DNA of 60,841 nt, from positions 1 to 60,841 of the forward strand of contig JAEOTQ010000155.1 of the NCBI GenBank assembly GCA_016839785.1, written 5' to 3'. The notes beneath the pieces are model-generated. The model did not search any database, was not told the origin of the DNA, and saw nothing but the letters and a program-made list of their open reading frames with translations. The DNA is from Candidatus Hodarchaeota archaeon (GTDB lineage Archaea; Asgardarchaeota; Heimdallarchaeia; Hodarchaeales; Hodarchaeaceae). This document shows positions 18,312 through 29,162 of this stretch, one piece after another; the first letter of the stretch is position 1, and each line of letters opens with the position of its first letter. The position numbers were made by a program, and so were the translations under genes.

Positions 18312-19686
18312 AATCCTTATATCCAATTTTGAAGATAGAAAATCCTTCAGTTTCATTGATATGCGGAAATAACCGCTGTGCAAGAGGAAATTTAGGACTT
18401 GGGGTTCCAATGTACAATTTTTGTTCTTTCAATTCAAATTGTGGACTTGTAATTAGGAACTGTTCAATTACATCTTCATTTTCCATTGGTAGAAGGGAAC
18501 AGGTGGAATAGATGATGTATGACGATTGGTTTTTTGTCAACATTGTTGAAACGTTTTGTAGAAGCGCGAATTGTAGTTTTCTTAACCATTTAACTTGATG
18601 TCGATCTATTCGCCATTTTGCATCTGGACGAGAAGAAAATGTACCAGATCCTGAACATGGTGCATCAAGAAGAATCTTATCAAAGGTAGTCCGAAAAGAT
18701 CTGTCCAATCTCATATCAAATAATATTGGATGAATGCTCTTCAAATTATATACACAAATTTTTCTTACTAATTCTTGCATTCTTCGTTTATGATTATCTG
18801 TGGCAACAATAAATCCTGAATCACCTTGTAGTGTAGCTAAATGAGTTGTTTTTCCTCCTGGAGCTGCACACGCATCAAGAATTTTTTCACCTTCTTTTGG
18901 GTCAAGAATGTGAGATATCAAGGAGGAGCCTTTAGTTTGCATATAATATAAGTCGTCTTTAAAGGATGGTAATCGTGGAATAGGCATATCCGTGGAGATA
19001 ACTTTTATGACATCATCCATAATGGGATCTGGCTCAATAGAAACTCCCTCCTTGGATAATTGGGAAATTATTATGTTTTTCTCAAATTTCAATAGATTCA
19101 ATCTGAGATACACTGGTAATGTTAGATTATTTGTAGCTAAAATATCTTTAGTCAATTCTAAACCATAAAAAGATTGCAAATCTCTAACTAGCCAAGTTGG
19201 ATGGGCGAACTGTACACCAACTTTCTCCTCATTATCTTTGATTTGCTCAAGAAGAACCTCAAGGCTCCACTCATTCAGATATTCGGTTAAATTAGAGAAA
19301 ATAGCCGTTGAAAATTGGAAATCAAGTGATTTTAATATTTCTATACAGGCCAGAGTCCAGAAATGATCTTGTTGGCTTTCTGGAGCTAGAACAAATAAAT
19401 AGATTATAACTCTCAGGGTATTTCTCACGTTTTCTGGAATTTTTTGCCCAAACTGATTCCGAATCTGCTGATGGATAATTCTGTTACCAATATTTTGGTA
19501 TCGTACGGTTTCAAAAACTAATGCATGCACTTGAGAGTATGAGTGTCTGTTCTCATCATTTGAGAAATGTGAGTATTCTTTCATTGCATTTCTTAGTGAA
19601 ATCTGATTCATTTCATAAAACGAAATAATTTTTGAAGCGACCTGAATATTGTTGATGTACTGTTCCAGATTCTCCTCAATTGACAA
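18304..19686 (-). CDS. RsmB/NOP2-family RNA m5C methyltransferase
   Basis: LDACAAPGGKTT, ILLDAPCSGSG, YSTCSL..ENE and EGF. Confidence 0.93.
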   Translation of the reverse strand: MSIEENLEQYINNIQVASKIISFYEMNQISLRNAMKEYSHFSNDENRHSYSQVHALVFETVRYQNIGNRIIHQQIRNQFGQKIPENVRNTLRVIIYLFVLAPESQQDHFWTLACIEILKSLDFQFSTAIFSNLTEYLNEWSLEVLLEQIKDNEEKVGVQFAHPTWLVRDLQSFYGLELTKDILATNNLTLPVYLRLNLLKFEKNIIISQLSKEGVSIEPDPIMDDVIKVISTDMPIPRLPSFKDDLYYMQTKGSSLISHILDPKEGEKILDACAAPGGKTTHLATLQGDSGFIVATDNHKRRMQELVRKICVYNLKSIHPILFDMRLDRSFRTTFDKILLDAPCSGSGTFSSRPDAKWRIDRHQVKWLRKLQFALLQNVSTMLTKNQSSYIIYSTCSLLPMENEDVIEQFLITSPQFELKEQKLYIGTPSPKFPLAQRLFPHINETEGFSIFKIGYKDFS

Positions 19687-19708
19687 TTAATGAATCCAAC
19701 CCTCTTTT

Positions 19709-20812
19709 TTATTCGGATTGATCTTTCAGTATAATTTTACCTTCATAAATTATTCCCCAAAAGATGTCTCCTTCTGAGAACACTTTGAGCTCTGTTGAAT
19801 CGACAAATTGGTTATCATAGTTAGATAAGTTCATAATTTCTACCAGATTCTCCGCGGCTTCAAAATGAATGATTTGATATTCCTCAAAATTCATTTCAAG
19901 GGGTTGTGGATTCAGTTCTTCAAATGTTTTAATGGAGATTCTCCTCAAAGATTTATTCATGACATCAAAACAAGCTATTTTGAAATTTGAATATCCTTCT
20001 ACTCTAAATACCTGTTTATCGATGATAATGTAATCTCCTATCCGAAATTTGGGTAAAGCAATTAGCACTACCTGTTTTCTTGGATACTCTTTAGATTTAG
20101 ATTTGTCAAAACCAGCAAATTCAGTAGTAATTTGGATTAGACCCCCTTTATCTCGAGCAAAAATTCTCCCAACAGAGTGAGCAGCTGATTTTGACCGAAA
20201 AAGAGCATCAAGACCATTTTTAATTTGTATTAACCTAAAAAGTGGATTTTTTCCATCTGAAAGGGGGTAATCTTTGCTAATATTATCTATTTCAGTTCCC
20301 CAGTTATCAAGTTCTTCTGATGGAATTTCATATTGAGATCTTATCTGTATTTTTGAGGTATATAAACCACTTGATCGTGTTTGACAATCAGAGCAATCTC
20401 CCCAATTTATATTAATTGAAAACTCTTCTTGAATGTTTAACAATGGAACAAAAGGATCTGGACTTGCTGAAATAGCAACTATCCCAATTACAGACCTTAA
20501 TTCATCATCTTCATTAAATTCTTGTTGAGTTTGGGTAATCTCGATTTTATTAGGACGATAATGGAATTTCCATTCTTGGCTAATGAAATTCGATAGTTTA
20601 GGATATATTTCTGCGGAATTCAAATCATTGATAAAAAATTTTGACCAATGGCCTTTGAATGCTAGTAAACCACATGATAAACATATGACTAGGTCCAAAT
20701 CCTTCTTTTCTTTCAAGATTGGATTGGATTCCAAATAACACGTTTGACACAAATGCTGGAAAAATTCTTCATTTGCCCCACAAGCAATACAAGGTGGAGA
20801 CATTAACATCAC
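19709..20812 (-). CDS. nmd3: NMD3-family ribosome maturation protein
   Basis: Four CxxC pairs (CIAC, CQTC, CLSC, CSDC) followed by SGLYTSKIQIR; C-terminal eIF5A-like region; located after aIF2beta-DUF424. Confidence 0.82.
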   Translation of the reverse strand: MMLMSPPCIACGANEEFFQHLCQTCYLESNPILKEKKDLDLVICLSCGLLAFKGHWSKFFINDLNSAEIYPKLSNFISQEWKFHYRPNKIEITQTQQEFNEDDELRSVIGIVAISASPDPFVPLLNIQEEFSININWGDCSDCQTRSSGLYTSKIQIRSQYEIPSEELDNWGTEIDNISKDYPLSDGKNPLFRLIQIKNGLDALFRSKSAAHSVGRIFARDKGGLIQITTEFAGFDKSKSKEYPRKQVVLIALPKFRIGDYIIIDKQVFRVEGYSNFKIACFDVMNKSLRRISIKTFEELNPQPLEMNFEEYQIIHFEAAENLVEIMNLSNYDNQFVDSTELKVFSEGDIFWGIIYEGKIILKDQSE

Positions 20813-20820
20813 TGAAAATA

Positions 20821-21165
20821 TTATATTGGGGGTATGGAAAATATGATTAAATGTGGAATTTTCATACCATCATCGGTTTTAAACCAAATTACCGCATCTT
20901 CATTAATTATATTCTTTTTAATCCCTAGATCGAGAACTGATCCCAAAGCATTAACGTTCACATATTTTCTCATTAAATCCAAAGCATCTGATCTTGATAT
21001 GTAGGTGCCTTTATAAAAACCGAGGGGAACCTTCATTCTAGTAGTACTATTAGCAAGCTCTTTTCCTAAAATAGCTTCGTCACAAATAGCAAGAATTTCA
21101 GTATTGTCCCTACGGTGAATTTTAAAAAGCACACGCTCAGAACGATGATTACTTGACTGCTCCAC
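20821..21165 (-). CDS. DUF424 family protein
   Basis: ILAICDEAILGK...FYKG...NVNALG; conserved position between aIF2beta and nmd3. GTG at 21165 is the likely start. Confidence 0.8.
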   Translation of the reverse strand: MEQSSNHRSERVLFKIHRRDNTEILAICDEAILGKELANSTTRMKVPLGFYKGTYISRSDALDLMRKYVNVNALGSVLDLGIKKNIINEDAVIWFKTDDGMKIPHLIIFSIPPI

Positions 21166-21571
21166 GGGCACCACAAGCTTCACAAACTTTGATCAGGATT
21201 CTTCCTTCTCTAACGAGTTTTGTGTCGGGTTTTCCACACTCTTCACACAAAACAAATTCTTTAACGTACGCAGATAACTCGCGATTAACCATTGTTCTCG
21301 AAAATTTACCTTGCAGATATAAACGGCCTCGTTCCTCGGTTGCTGAGGTTGCGAATTCACCTGCTAAATGTTTTGATAGGTGGTCAGCATCATTTTCCCG
21401 ATTTAATACTTTAAGAATTCGATTCCAATCAGTAATCCAGGTTCTATTTCCTTCTTGGAAGATATCACCTTGTGGAATCTCAAAACGAGACTTTTCAAAC
21501 ACGTGAGCTGGAAGATTTTCTCGTGCACGTTTTAAATTTGCAAGATAGTCTTTTTCGGATGTCAAGATCAA
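21149..21571 (-). CDS. eif2b: Translation initiation factor aIF2 beta
   Basis: SRFEIP...EGNRT and YVKEFVLCEECGKPDTKL...CEACGA zinc ribbon. Confidence 0.95.
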   Translation of the reverse strand: MILTSEKDYLANLKRARENLPAHVFEKSRFEIPQGDIFQEGNRTWITDWNRILKVLNRENDADHLSKHLAGEFATSATEERGRLYLQGKFSRTMVNRELSAYVKEFVLCEECGKPDTKLVREGRILIKVCEACGARGAVK

Positions 21572-21944
21572 TACTTTCCTTGAAATAGCTAAATTTTCGT
21601 TTTTGTATCAAGAATTTGTCACTGGAAATAGGATCATTCAATTAAAAGATCATTCTAGTAATGGTTTTTCTCCTATTCCTTCAATGAAGATATCTTTCGG
21701 GATGAGTATTTTTTTGTTATTATTTAATAATTTTATTTTCTTAGATTGATGAAAAATCCAGATTTAGAATGTAGAATTATCAAGAAAAAACGAATTTTTT
21801 GATGAATTATAAATTCTAATATGGATATTCTAAATTTACAGGAAATCTTGCTGAATTTACAATTAATCATCTCCATACAAGCCTGAAGTGAACATAAAAA
21901 GTCAGAGGCATTTCCCCCTTTCTTATCTCTAAGCAGTAAGAGAA

Positions 21945-22739
21945 ATGAGTCTTAGATTCATGAGACGTAGAAAAGAAAATCGCTGGGTGTTCGAGCTAAT
22001 TAAGACCAGTGATGTAATTTTAGAAGTTGTAGATGGTAGATTTCCTCATCTAACTAGAGTATCTTCAATTGAAAGACAGATATCGGATTTAGGGATATCC
22101 TTAATAATCGTACTCAATAAATGTGATCTTGTTCCAAGAAATATATGTGAATATAATAAACAAATTCTAAATAGAGAATTTCCCACTGTGTACATTTCTG
22201 CTCAAAATAGGTTAGGAACCAAAAAGCTAAGACAACAAATTTCACGCTTATCTCCAAAGAGAGAAACGGTAATATCTTTAGTAGGCATTCCAAATACAGG
22301 AAAAAGTAGTTTATTAAACATTTTGAGAGGTAAACATGTTGCTCCTACAGGTCAAAGACCTGGAGTAACACGTTATAAACAAATAGTTCGGATTTCTAAC
22401 AGAATATTGATTTATGATTCTCCAGGAGTTGTTCCTTTCGATCATCCTGATATAAATCTTCAAGCATTTCTAGGAGCGTATGAAATAGGGAAATTACCTG
22501 ATCCGATTGACAGTGTTTATTTTTTTCTTGATCGAATAAGACAGAACTACTTTGAAGGGTTTAGTGAGAAGTTTGATCTTCCGTCATCAGAGCTAAGTAA
22601 TCCAGATATTATTGACCTAATTGCCAAAAAGCGCGGACTCGTGCTAAGAGGCGGTAAATTGAATCATGTAGAGGCTGCTAAGGTCATTATGAGAGAGTTT
22701 GCGGCAGGAAAGATTCCTTATTGGGAAAAAATTCCTTGA
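21945..22739 (+). CDS. Circularly permuted ribosome-biogenesis GTPase (RbgA/YlqF/Lsg1/Nug family)
   Basis: Motif order EVVDGR (DAR-like), NKCD (G4), GIPNTGKSS (G1), PGVT (G2), DSPG (G3). Confidence 0.93.
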   Translation: MSLRFMRRRKENRWVFELIKTSDVILEVVDGRFPHLTRVSSIERQISDLGISLIIVLNKCDLVPRNICEYNKQILNREFPTVYISAQNRLGTKKLRQQISRLSPKRETVISLVGIPNTGKSSLLNILRGKHVAPTGQRPGVTRYKQIVRISNRILIYDSPGVVPFDHPDINLQAFLGAYEIGKLPDPIDSVYFFLDRIRQNYFEGFSEKFDLPSSELSNPDIIDLIAKKRGLVLRGGKLNHVEAAKVIMREFAAGKIPYWEKIP

Positions 22740-22931
22740 AGGGTCTGGAATAATCATTTTGAACCTTTTGAATATCTTTTGATGCAAACCGATTATTTAG
22801 TTTAGCAGAAGATATTTTTATATTACTGAAGGAAATTGCTTCTTAAGTAGTGTAATATGCTGATTCCGCCTTAACACGAACTTATACTCGTAGTAGAAGT
22901 ATTCAAAGTAATAATTCATGATAAATCCTCT

Positions 22932-24533
22932 TTGAATCATTATCCTGTAAATGAAGTAAATTTGGTGCAAATAATGGAAGTAGATAAAGATTTAAAACAG
23001 TTTTTAAAGAAAATAATGGCTTTTGCGAACAAAACTGGAATTGCTTATCGTACAGGTAACATCTACGGAGGATTGGCTGGATTTTGGGATTTTGGGCCAA
23101 TTGGTGTGGAGATCAAGAATAGAATTAAGGACGCATGGTGGAATGAGTTTGTTAGAAATCGTGACGATATTGTCGGATATGAAGGTGCGATAATTACTCA
23201 TCCCAAAGTGTGGGAAGCATCTGGTCATCTTTCGAGTTTCACTGATCCATTGATATTTTGCGAAGGAAAATGCAAGAAAAAACACAGACTCGATCATTTA
23301 TTAGAAGATCAATTGAAAATCCAGACTGAACACTTGAATCTAGAAGAAATGGGAGAACTCGTTTCAAAAGAAGGACTAGTTTGTCCAGAATGTGGGGGTA
23401 ATCTGGGAAAACCTATAACCTTTAATTTAATGTTTAATACACAGGTGGGGCCTGTTAAAGATTCGGCTTCTGTCGCATATCTTCGACCAGAAAATGCACA
23501 GCTAATTTTTTCGGGTTTTAGGAACGTAATTGATTCAACACGAGTAAAAATGCCATTTGGTATAGCTCAATCAGGAATAGTATTCCGAAATGAAATTTCT
23601 CCTAGAAATTTTTTATTTAGGGTGCGTGAATATGAATTAATGGAGTTCGAATATTTCACAGATCCCCAAAAGACCAATGATTGCCCTTTGTTTCACGAGG
23701 TCGCTGGGACCAAAATCAACGTATTTTCGAGAAAAGAACAAATAGAGCAAACTTCTGAGGAATATCTCTCAATGAGTATTCAAGAAGCTTGGGAGAATGA
23801 ATTTTTCAAAAATAAATGGCAGGCGTACTGGTTAGCTACTTTTAACAATTGGTTTACCGACAAAATGGGTATTAATGGAAAAAAATTGCGATTCAGACAG
23901 CACTTGGAATCAGAGTTAAGTCATTACGCGCTAGATACCTGGGATATTGAATACCATTATAAATTTGGCTGGAAAGAACTAATGGGATGTGCAAATAGAA
24001 CTCAGTATGATTTAAAGCAGCATCAAAAATATTCTAAAGCAAAACTTCATTTTAATGAGACTGACGAAACGGGGGTTAAGCGATACATTCCATACGTTGT
24101 TGCAGAACCTTCTGTTGGCCTTGGACGAATTTTATTGACTGTCATAGCTGATGGATATCAAGAGGAAACCGTAAAAGATCGAAAACGGGTAGTCTTGAAA
24201 ATTCATCCAAATCTAGCTCCATATGATGTAGCAGTATTTCCTTTGCAGAAAAAGCCCCAAATTCTAGCAAAAGCTCAAGAAATATTCAAATTTTTAAGAG
24301 CAAATGGATTAACTGTTAATTTTGATGAAAATGGGTCAATTGGTAAAAGGTATCGTAGACATGATGAGATTGGGACTCCATTCTGCGTTACTGTTGATTT
24401 TGAAACACTTGAGGATGAAAATATTACCATCCGGAACAGAGACAGTATGGAACAGACGAGAGTCCATATCGAGATGCTAATTGAAGAGCTAAAGAAATTA
24501 GGTAATAATTATTTAGCAGCAAAAATGATTTAA
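22932..24533 (+). CDS. glyS: Glycyl-tRNA synthetase (alpha2 type)
   Basis: IYGGLAGFWDFGP, WEASGH, YLRPENAQ, FRNEISPR, EPSVGLGR and GSIGKRYRRHDEIGTPF. The start may be at MEVDK. Confidence 0.96.
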   Translation: MNHYPVNEVNLVQIMEVDKDLKQFLKKIMAFANKTGIAYRTGNIYGGLAGFWDFGPIGVEIKNRIKDAWWNEFVRNRDDIVGYEGAIITHPKVWEASGHLSSFTDPLIFCEGKCKKKHRLDHLLEDQLKIQTEHLNLEEMGELVSKEGLVCPECGGNLGKPITFNLMFNTQVGPVKDSASVAYLRPENAQLIFSGFRNVIDSTRVKMPFGIAQSGIVFRNEISPRNFLFRVREYELMEFEYFTDPQKTNDCPLFHEVAGTKINVFSRKEQIEQTSEEYLSMSIQEAWENEFFKNKWQAYWLATFNNWFTDKMGINGKKLRFRQHLESELSHYALDTWDIEYHYKFGWKELMGCANRTQYDLKQHQKYSKAKLHFNETDETGVKRYIPYVVAEPSVGLGRILLTVIADGYQEETVKDRKRVVLKIHPNLAPYDVAVFPLQKKPQILAKAQEIFKFLRANGLTVNFDENGSIGKRYRRHDEIGTPFCVTVDFETLEDENITIRNRDSMEQTRVHIEMLIEELKKLGNNYLAAKMI

Positions 24534-24580
24534 TCAACTACAATTTCAGCTGATAAGAAAAGAAACGGTGTGTATAGATT

Positions 24581-26011
24581 ATGATTGAAGAATCTCCCTC
24601 CTCGGTCGTCACTTATTCTACAGTATCTTCGATAGCAGGTCCTTTATTATTCGTTAAGAACATTAAAGGAGTTGCCTATGGTGAGATAGTGCAAGTTATA
24701 ACTCCAGATGGAGAAAAAAGAGTTGGTCAAGTTCTTGAAGTCGCAGAAGACATCGCAGTCGTACAGGTTTTTGAAGGAACCCAAGGTCTCGATACTCGAA
24801 AAACTTCGGTCAGGTTTTTAGGCGAAACTATTAAAATTGCAGTATCCCAAGATATGCTTGGGCGAATCTTTTCTGGGAGTGGAAAAGCTATCGATGCAGG
24901 ACCACAAATCTTCGCCGAAGAACGATTAGATATTACTGGGGCTCCCATCAATCCTTACTCCCGAGAATATCCCAGAGAATTTATCCAGACCGGAATTTCA
25001 TCCATTGATGGATTAAACACTTTAATTCGGGGGCAAAAACTACCCATCTTCTCTGGTAGTGGATTACCTCATAATAATATCGCTGCACAGATTGCACGCC
25101 AATCGAAAGTCTTGGGAAAGGAAGAAGAGTTCGCTGTTATTTTTGCAGCAATGGGAATCACTACTGAAGAAGCAAGATTCTTTAGAGAAGATTTTGAGAA
25201 GACTGGTGCTCTGGAACGGGTAATTCTTTTTTTAAATCTTGCTGACTCTCCAGCAGCCGAGAGATTGATTACACCGCGTATTGCCCTATCAGTAGCTGAG
25301 TATCTAGCGTTTGAATATGATTATCATTGTTTAGTTATATTGACCGATATGACAAATTATGCCGAGGCTTTACGAGAAATCTCAGCTGCTCGTGAAGAAG
25401 TACCTGGACGACGTGGATATCCAGGGTATCTGTATACAGATCTTGCAACCATTTATGAAAGAGCAGGAAGAATTAAAGGACATACAGGGACAATAACACA
25501 ACTTCCTATCCTATCTATGCCGTCTGATGATATAACGCATCCGATTCCTGATCTTTCAGGCTATATCACTGAGGGACAATTAATTGTAGATCGAGATTTG
25601 AACCGTAGAGGTATCTATCCCCCTATTGATCCAATGCCAAGTCTAAGCCGTCTAATGCGTGAAGGAATAGGGAGAGGACGAACCCACGTTTGTCATAAAT
25701 CTGTTGCAGATCAAATGTTTGCGGGTTATTCCCTTGGAAGAAATTTACGGGATTTAGTCGCAGTGGTTGGTGAGGAAAGTTTAAGCACCACTGACAAGAA
25801 ATATCTACGGTTTGCAGACCGTTTTGAAAGCGAATTTTTACGTCAAGGATACTATGAATCACGAGAAATTTTTGATACTCTGGAACTAGCTTGGAATCTA
25901 TTATCAGATCTTCCAGAAGACGAGTTAAAGCGAATTCCACCAAAATTATTACAGAAGTATCATCCTATGTATCGAACGAGTAAATTAGCTATAGATGATC
26001 CTGAACCCTAA
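24581..26011 (+). CDS. atpB: A/V-type ATP synthase subunit B
   Basis: [40 protein letters not shown] and [15 protein letters not shown]. Confidence 0.97.
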   Translation: MIEESPSSVVTYSTVSSIAGPLLFVKNIKGVAYGEIVQVITPDGEKRVGQVLEVAEDIAVVQVFEGTQGLDTRKTSVRFLGETIKIAVSQDMLGRIFSGSGKAIDAGPQIFAEERLDITGAPINPYSREYPREFIQTGISSIDGLNTLIRGQKLPIFSGSGLPHNNIAAQIARQSKVLGKEEEFAVIFAAMGITTEEARFFREDFEKTGALERVILFLNLADSPAAERLITPRIALSVAEYLAFEYDYHCLVILTDMTNYAEALREISAAREEVPGRRGYPGYLYTDLATIYERAGRIKGHTGTITQLPILSMPSDDITHPIPDLSGYITEGQLIVDRDLNRRGIYPPIDPMPSLSRLMREGIGRGRTHVCHKSVADQMFAGYSLGRNLRDLVAVVGEESLSTTDKKYLRFADRFESEFLRQGYYESREIFDTLELAWNLLSDLPEDELKRIPPKLLQKYHPMYRTSKLAIDDPEP

Positions 26012-26245
26012 GTGATTGAATTAATATCTAATCCAGATATGATATTCAGTGAAATCGATCTAAATGCAAATTTTAAAAACAGAAAAAAAAGCTATTGACA
26101 TATCTTTAAGGAATATGATAATCAAGTAATCACAATGTAACATATCAACGCATCTTAAAGTAATTGAGAATTGTATTTAAATTAAAAATTGTAAGAATTA
26201 TAATGATGTAGTGTCTCGCGATTATGAAAGTAGGGTGAAGAACGA

Positions 26246-27493
26246 ATGGTTATTTGGAAGGTTCATTTTGCTTTAGGGGCTAGTCAGGAAGATGAAATTG
26301 ATCTAGCCGACGTTGAGGATCTTGTTGACTGGGATCCTGAATTTCAGGGAAATTTAATATCAAGTTTTTTCGACACAGATTATCATTGGTTACTTGCACT
26401 AAAAACAGTCGTTCGTGAAGATATTGAATTTCCATCGAAGAATTTTCTGCTAATTGTTGGCAGAAAATGGGGAGAAGATACGAAGAAAACTGTTCCTCTT
26501 GGAGTACTCTTTGAATTCTCCGAAGGAGATCTTAAACTTCGTGCTGTTGGTCCTCAGAGTGTAGCAGCTCAAGCTGGAGGGGACAACAACCTTCTTCTAG
26601 ACCTAGTGAATGAACTATTCGACTTTCCACAAAAATGGCGAAGCAAGAGCGTGATCTGTGGTATCTCAAAACAAGAATGGAGAAAAATTGCAGATATTAT
26701 TGGGGAAGAACCTTGGCGTCTACTTGATGCAGGGAGAAGAGTTCTATCTACTGATCCCCGAAAGGCAATATCAGATTTTCAAAAAGCTTATCAAATATTC
26801 ACCATTTTGGCTGATCTGAATGGCCAATTTCACGCCATGTTTGCTCAGTTAGAATTAGCTCTAGAAGCAAAGAATTATCCTCTTGCACAGGAACGGTTGG
26901 AAATTGTAAGACAATATTCTGTAGAACTAGGGGACCTGATGCTAGAAGAAAATGTCTTTTCAACTGAGGGTATCATATTATATGAACAAAATGAGTTTCA
27001 AAGCGCAGTTTCAGTCTTTGAAAATGCGTTAGAAAAGGCTAAAAAAGCTAATAATCATAAAGCTGTAGTGAATGCTTATAATAACATTGGTGAATGCTAT
27101 TACCGCTTAACCAACTATGATAGCGCTCTTAAGAACTTTGATATTGCGCGTGGTCATGCTGAAGAGCGTAACGATAAATATAATTTAGCAATTTCCCAGA
27201 TTAACATCTCAAAGGTTCTATGTCAAAACCTTAAGATGGGTGATGTCTCTAGTGATGTTCAAGCAACTCATTATTTGACTGAAGCTATTGAATTCTTTGA
27301 AAAATCAGGGGATCCCAAAAATCTAATGATCGCATACGGAACGTTTGGAGATCTCGAAGCAATAAAGGAAAATTATGATTCTGCGATGATTTATTATGAA
27401 AGAGCATCAGAAACTGCACAAGCCCTGAATGACTCAATTCTTCACGATTTCTATTATCAAAAGGCTGAGTCAATGAAGAAGAAGCTCTACTAG
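26246..27493 (+). CDS. TPR-repeat protein with uncharacterised N-terminal domain
   Basis: Repeated TPR helices such as AYNNIGECYYRLTNYDSALKNFDIA and AYGTFGDLEAIKENYDSAMIYYERA. Confidence 0.85.
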   Translation: MVIWKVHFALGASQEDEIDLADVEDLVDWDPEFQGNLISSFFDTDYHWLLALKTVVREDIEFPSKNFLLIVGRKWGEDTKKTVPLGVLFEFSEGDLKLRAVGPQSVAAQAGGDNNLLLDLVNELFDFPQKWRSKSVICGISKQEWRKIADIIGEEPWRLLDAGRRVLSTDPRKAISDFQKAYQIFTILADLNGQFHAMFAQLELALEAKNYPLAQERLEIVRQYSVELGDLMLEENVFSTEGIILYEQNEFQSAVSVFENALEKAKKANNHKAVVNAYNNIGECYYRLTNYDSALKNFDIARGHAEERNDKYNLAISQINISKVLCQNLKMGDVSSDVQATHYLTEAIEFFEKSGDPKNLMIAYGTFGDLEAIKENYDSAMIYYERASETAQALNDSILHDFYYQKAESMKKKLY

Positions 27494-27569
27494 GTTTAAA
27501 TTAACGGAATTTATTTCTCATTCCCGCTTTCAGAATGATATGAATAAAACCTTTGAAAATCTTCTTGGA

Positions 27570-27974
27570 TTAGCCCAGTATCTCTCCAATTTTCTTCGCG
27601 GCTTGTTTCATATCTAGAAAGATTAATCCCAGCTTTACAGATCGGTTTGCTGAAGCAGTTAATACTGCTTTAGACCCAGTTTGAACTGAAATCAAGTAAC
27701 CGTCATTTCCTTCAACAAGAATTCGTGTCATTTCTCCTTTCCCTGTTTCCATGACAGCTCTTTCGCCTAAGCTGAGAATCGCTGCAGTCATGGCGGCTAT
27801 TCGCACATCATCCAAATCGCCAGGAAGTTTAGGAGGCCAAGAGGAAATTGGAAGTCCTTCAAGACTAACAACGCTAGCAAAGTCTATTGCTGGCAATTTA
27901 CTAACAAATGCTTCTAAGACTTCAACTATTTCTTTATGCAATTGTAGATCTGCATCACTATCGGGAATGTACAT
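27570..27974 (-). CDS. Roadblock/LC7 (MglB-like) protein
   Basis: ASVVSLEGLPISS...RIAAMTAAILSLGER...ILVEGNDGY...VKLGLIFLDMK. ATG at 27974 is the likely start. Confidence 0.93.
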   Translation of the reverse strand: MYIPDSDADLQLHKEIVEVLEAFVSKLPAIDFASVVSLEGLPISSWPPKLPGDLDDVRIAAMTAAILSLGERAVMETGKGEMTRILVEGNDGYLISVQTGSKAVLTASANRSVKLGLIFLDMKQAAKKIGEILG

Positions 27975-28266
27975 TCTTACACCCTTGAAAACAAAATTCC
28001 GCACTTATCTTTGCTTAGACATGTGAATTTAAGCTTATCTCCTATAAATATATTTCTGATTCCGAGATTTTTCCGAATACGAAGCTGTACAAGAAGAATA
28101 AACCTACTAACAATATTCTTTCTACTCAAAGTAATATAAGATCCTAATATGTAGATATTACGAGGAGAAATTCCTTCTATTGTATCATAGTGAATTAGAT
28201 TACATCAAAGAGTTTGAAAGCAAAAAGATAATATTAGTTTAACAAAACGCTCCAATGTAAGAGGTT

Positions 28267-28542
28267 TTGAAAATCATGTCCAAGATACATCAACCAAACC
28301 TACGAAATATCAGATCAGAGTCTCCAAGCCTACAAGTAGGAAAGAATGGTTTATCTGATTCCTTCCTAATCGAACTCGATAACCGATTAAAAAAAGAAGG
28401 AACCGTGAAAATAAAATTTCTCAAAAATTCTCCTTACAGTTCACGTCAAGAAGCGATTTTAGCGTTGAAAGGGGTACTGAACAGTAAATTTGAATTGATA
28501 GAGACCCGAGGCTGGACTGCAACCTTACACAAGAAAAGTTAA
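28267..28542 (+). CDS. YhbY/CRM-domain RNA-binding protein
   Basis: PSLQVGKNGL...LKKEGTVKIKFLK...ETRGWTATL. Confidence 0.85.
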   Translation: MKIMSKIHQPNLRNIRSESPSLQVGKNGLSDSFLIELDNRLKKEGTVKIKFLKNSPYSSRQEAILALKGVLNSKFELIETRGWTATLHKKS

Positions 28543-29120
28543 CTATTCTGAGATGTTTTTGTCCCGTATAGTTGGATCATCAAAATTTCACGAGCCAGGG
28601 ATTGAAAAGCTCGTTTTATCCCAATTCCAGTCGTAGCCACAGTCTCATAAATCGGATACATGGATAATTCTAATTTTTCGACGAGTTGGGATCTTGGTAG
28701 TGCGTCTTCAATATCCCGTTTGTTCAATGTTATGACTAAAGGAATGGTGGTGCCTAAATCTTCTCCCAGACGAGTCTTAAGTTCCTCAAAAGATGATATA
28801 TTTTCCTGCATTTGATCTGGTGAAGAATCAACTACAAATAAAATACCATCTACTCCTTGAATTACAATTTTACGTTGGTGTTTATGCCGTTCCTGTCCCG
28901 CAGTGGTATAAACGTCGAAAACAACGCCAGTTGTGGCTTGCATCGGTGCAAAATCAAAGAAAAGGGTACGTCCGTGTGGATCGGCAAGTTGAGTGAATTT
29001 TCCTTTTTCTAATCCATCAACTTTATGATAGAGCCAACCAAGAGTCGTTGTCTTCCCACAGAGAGATGGGCCATAAAATACAATTTTAAATCTATGACGA
29101 CCTTCTGCGTCTTTTCGCAA
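28539..29120 (-). CDS. MglA-like small GTPase
   Basis: KIVFYGPSLCGKTT, GRTLFFDF, YTTAGQ, GVDGILFVVDS and NKRD. Confidence 0.92.
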   Translation of the reverse strand: MRKDAEGRHRFKIVFYGPSLCGKTTTLGWLYHKVDGLEKGKFTQLADPHGRTLFFDFAPMQATTGVVFDVYTTAGQERHKHQRKIVIQGVDGILFVVDSSPDQMQENISSFEELKTRLGEDLGTTIPLVITLNKRDIEDALPRSQLVEKLELSMYPIYETVATTGIGIKRAFQSLAREILMIQLYGTKTSQNS

Positions 29121-29162
29121 TCAATTTGACTCCTTTGTTAACTAGGAGGATAAGAGTTTGTA

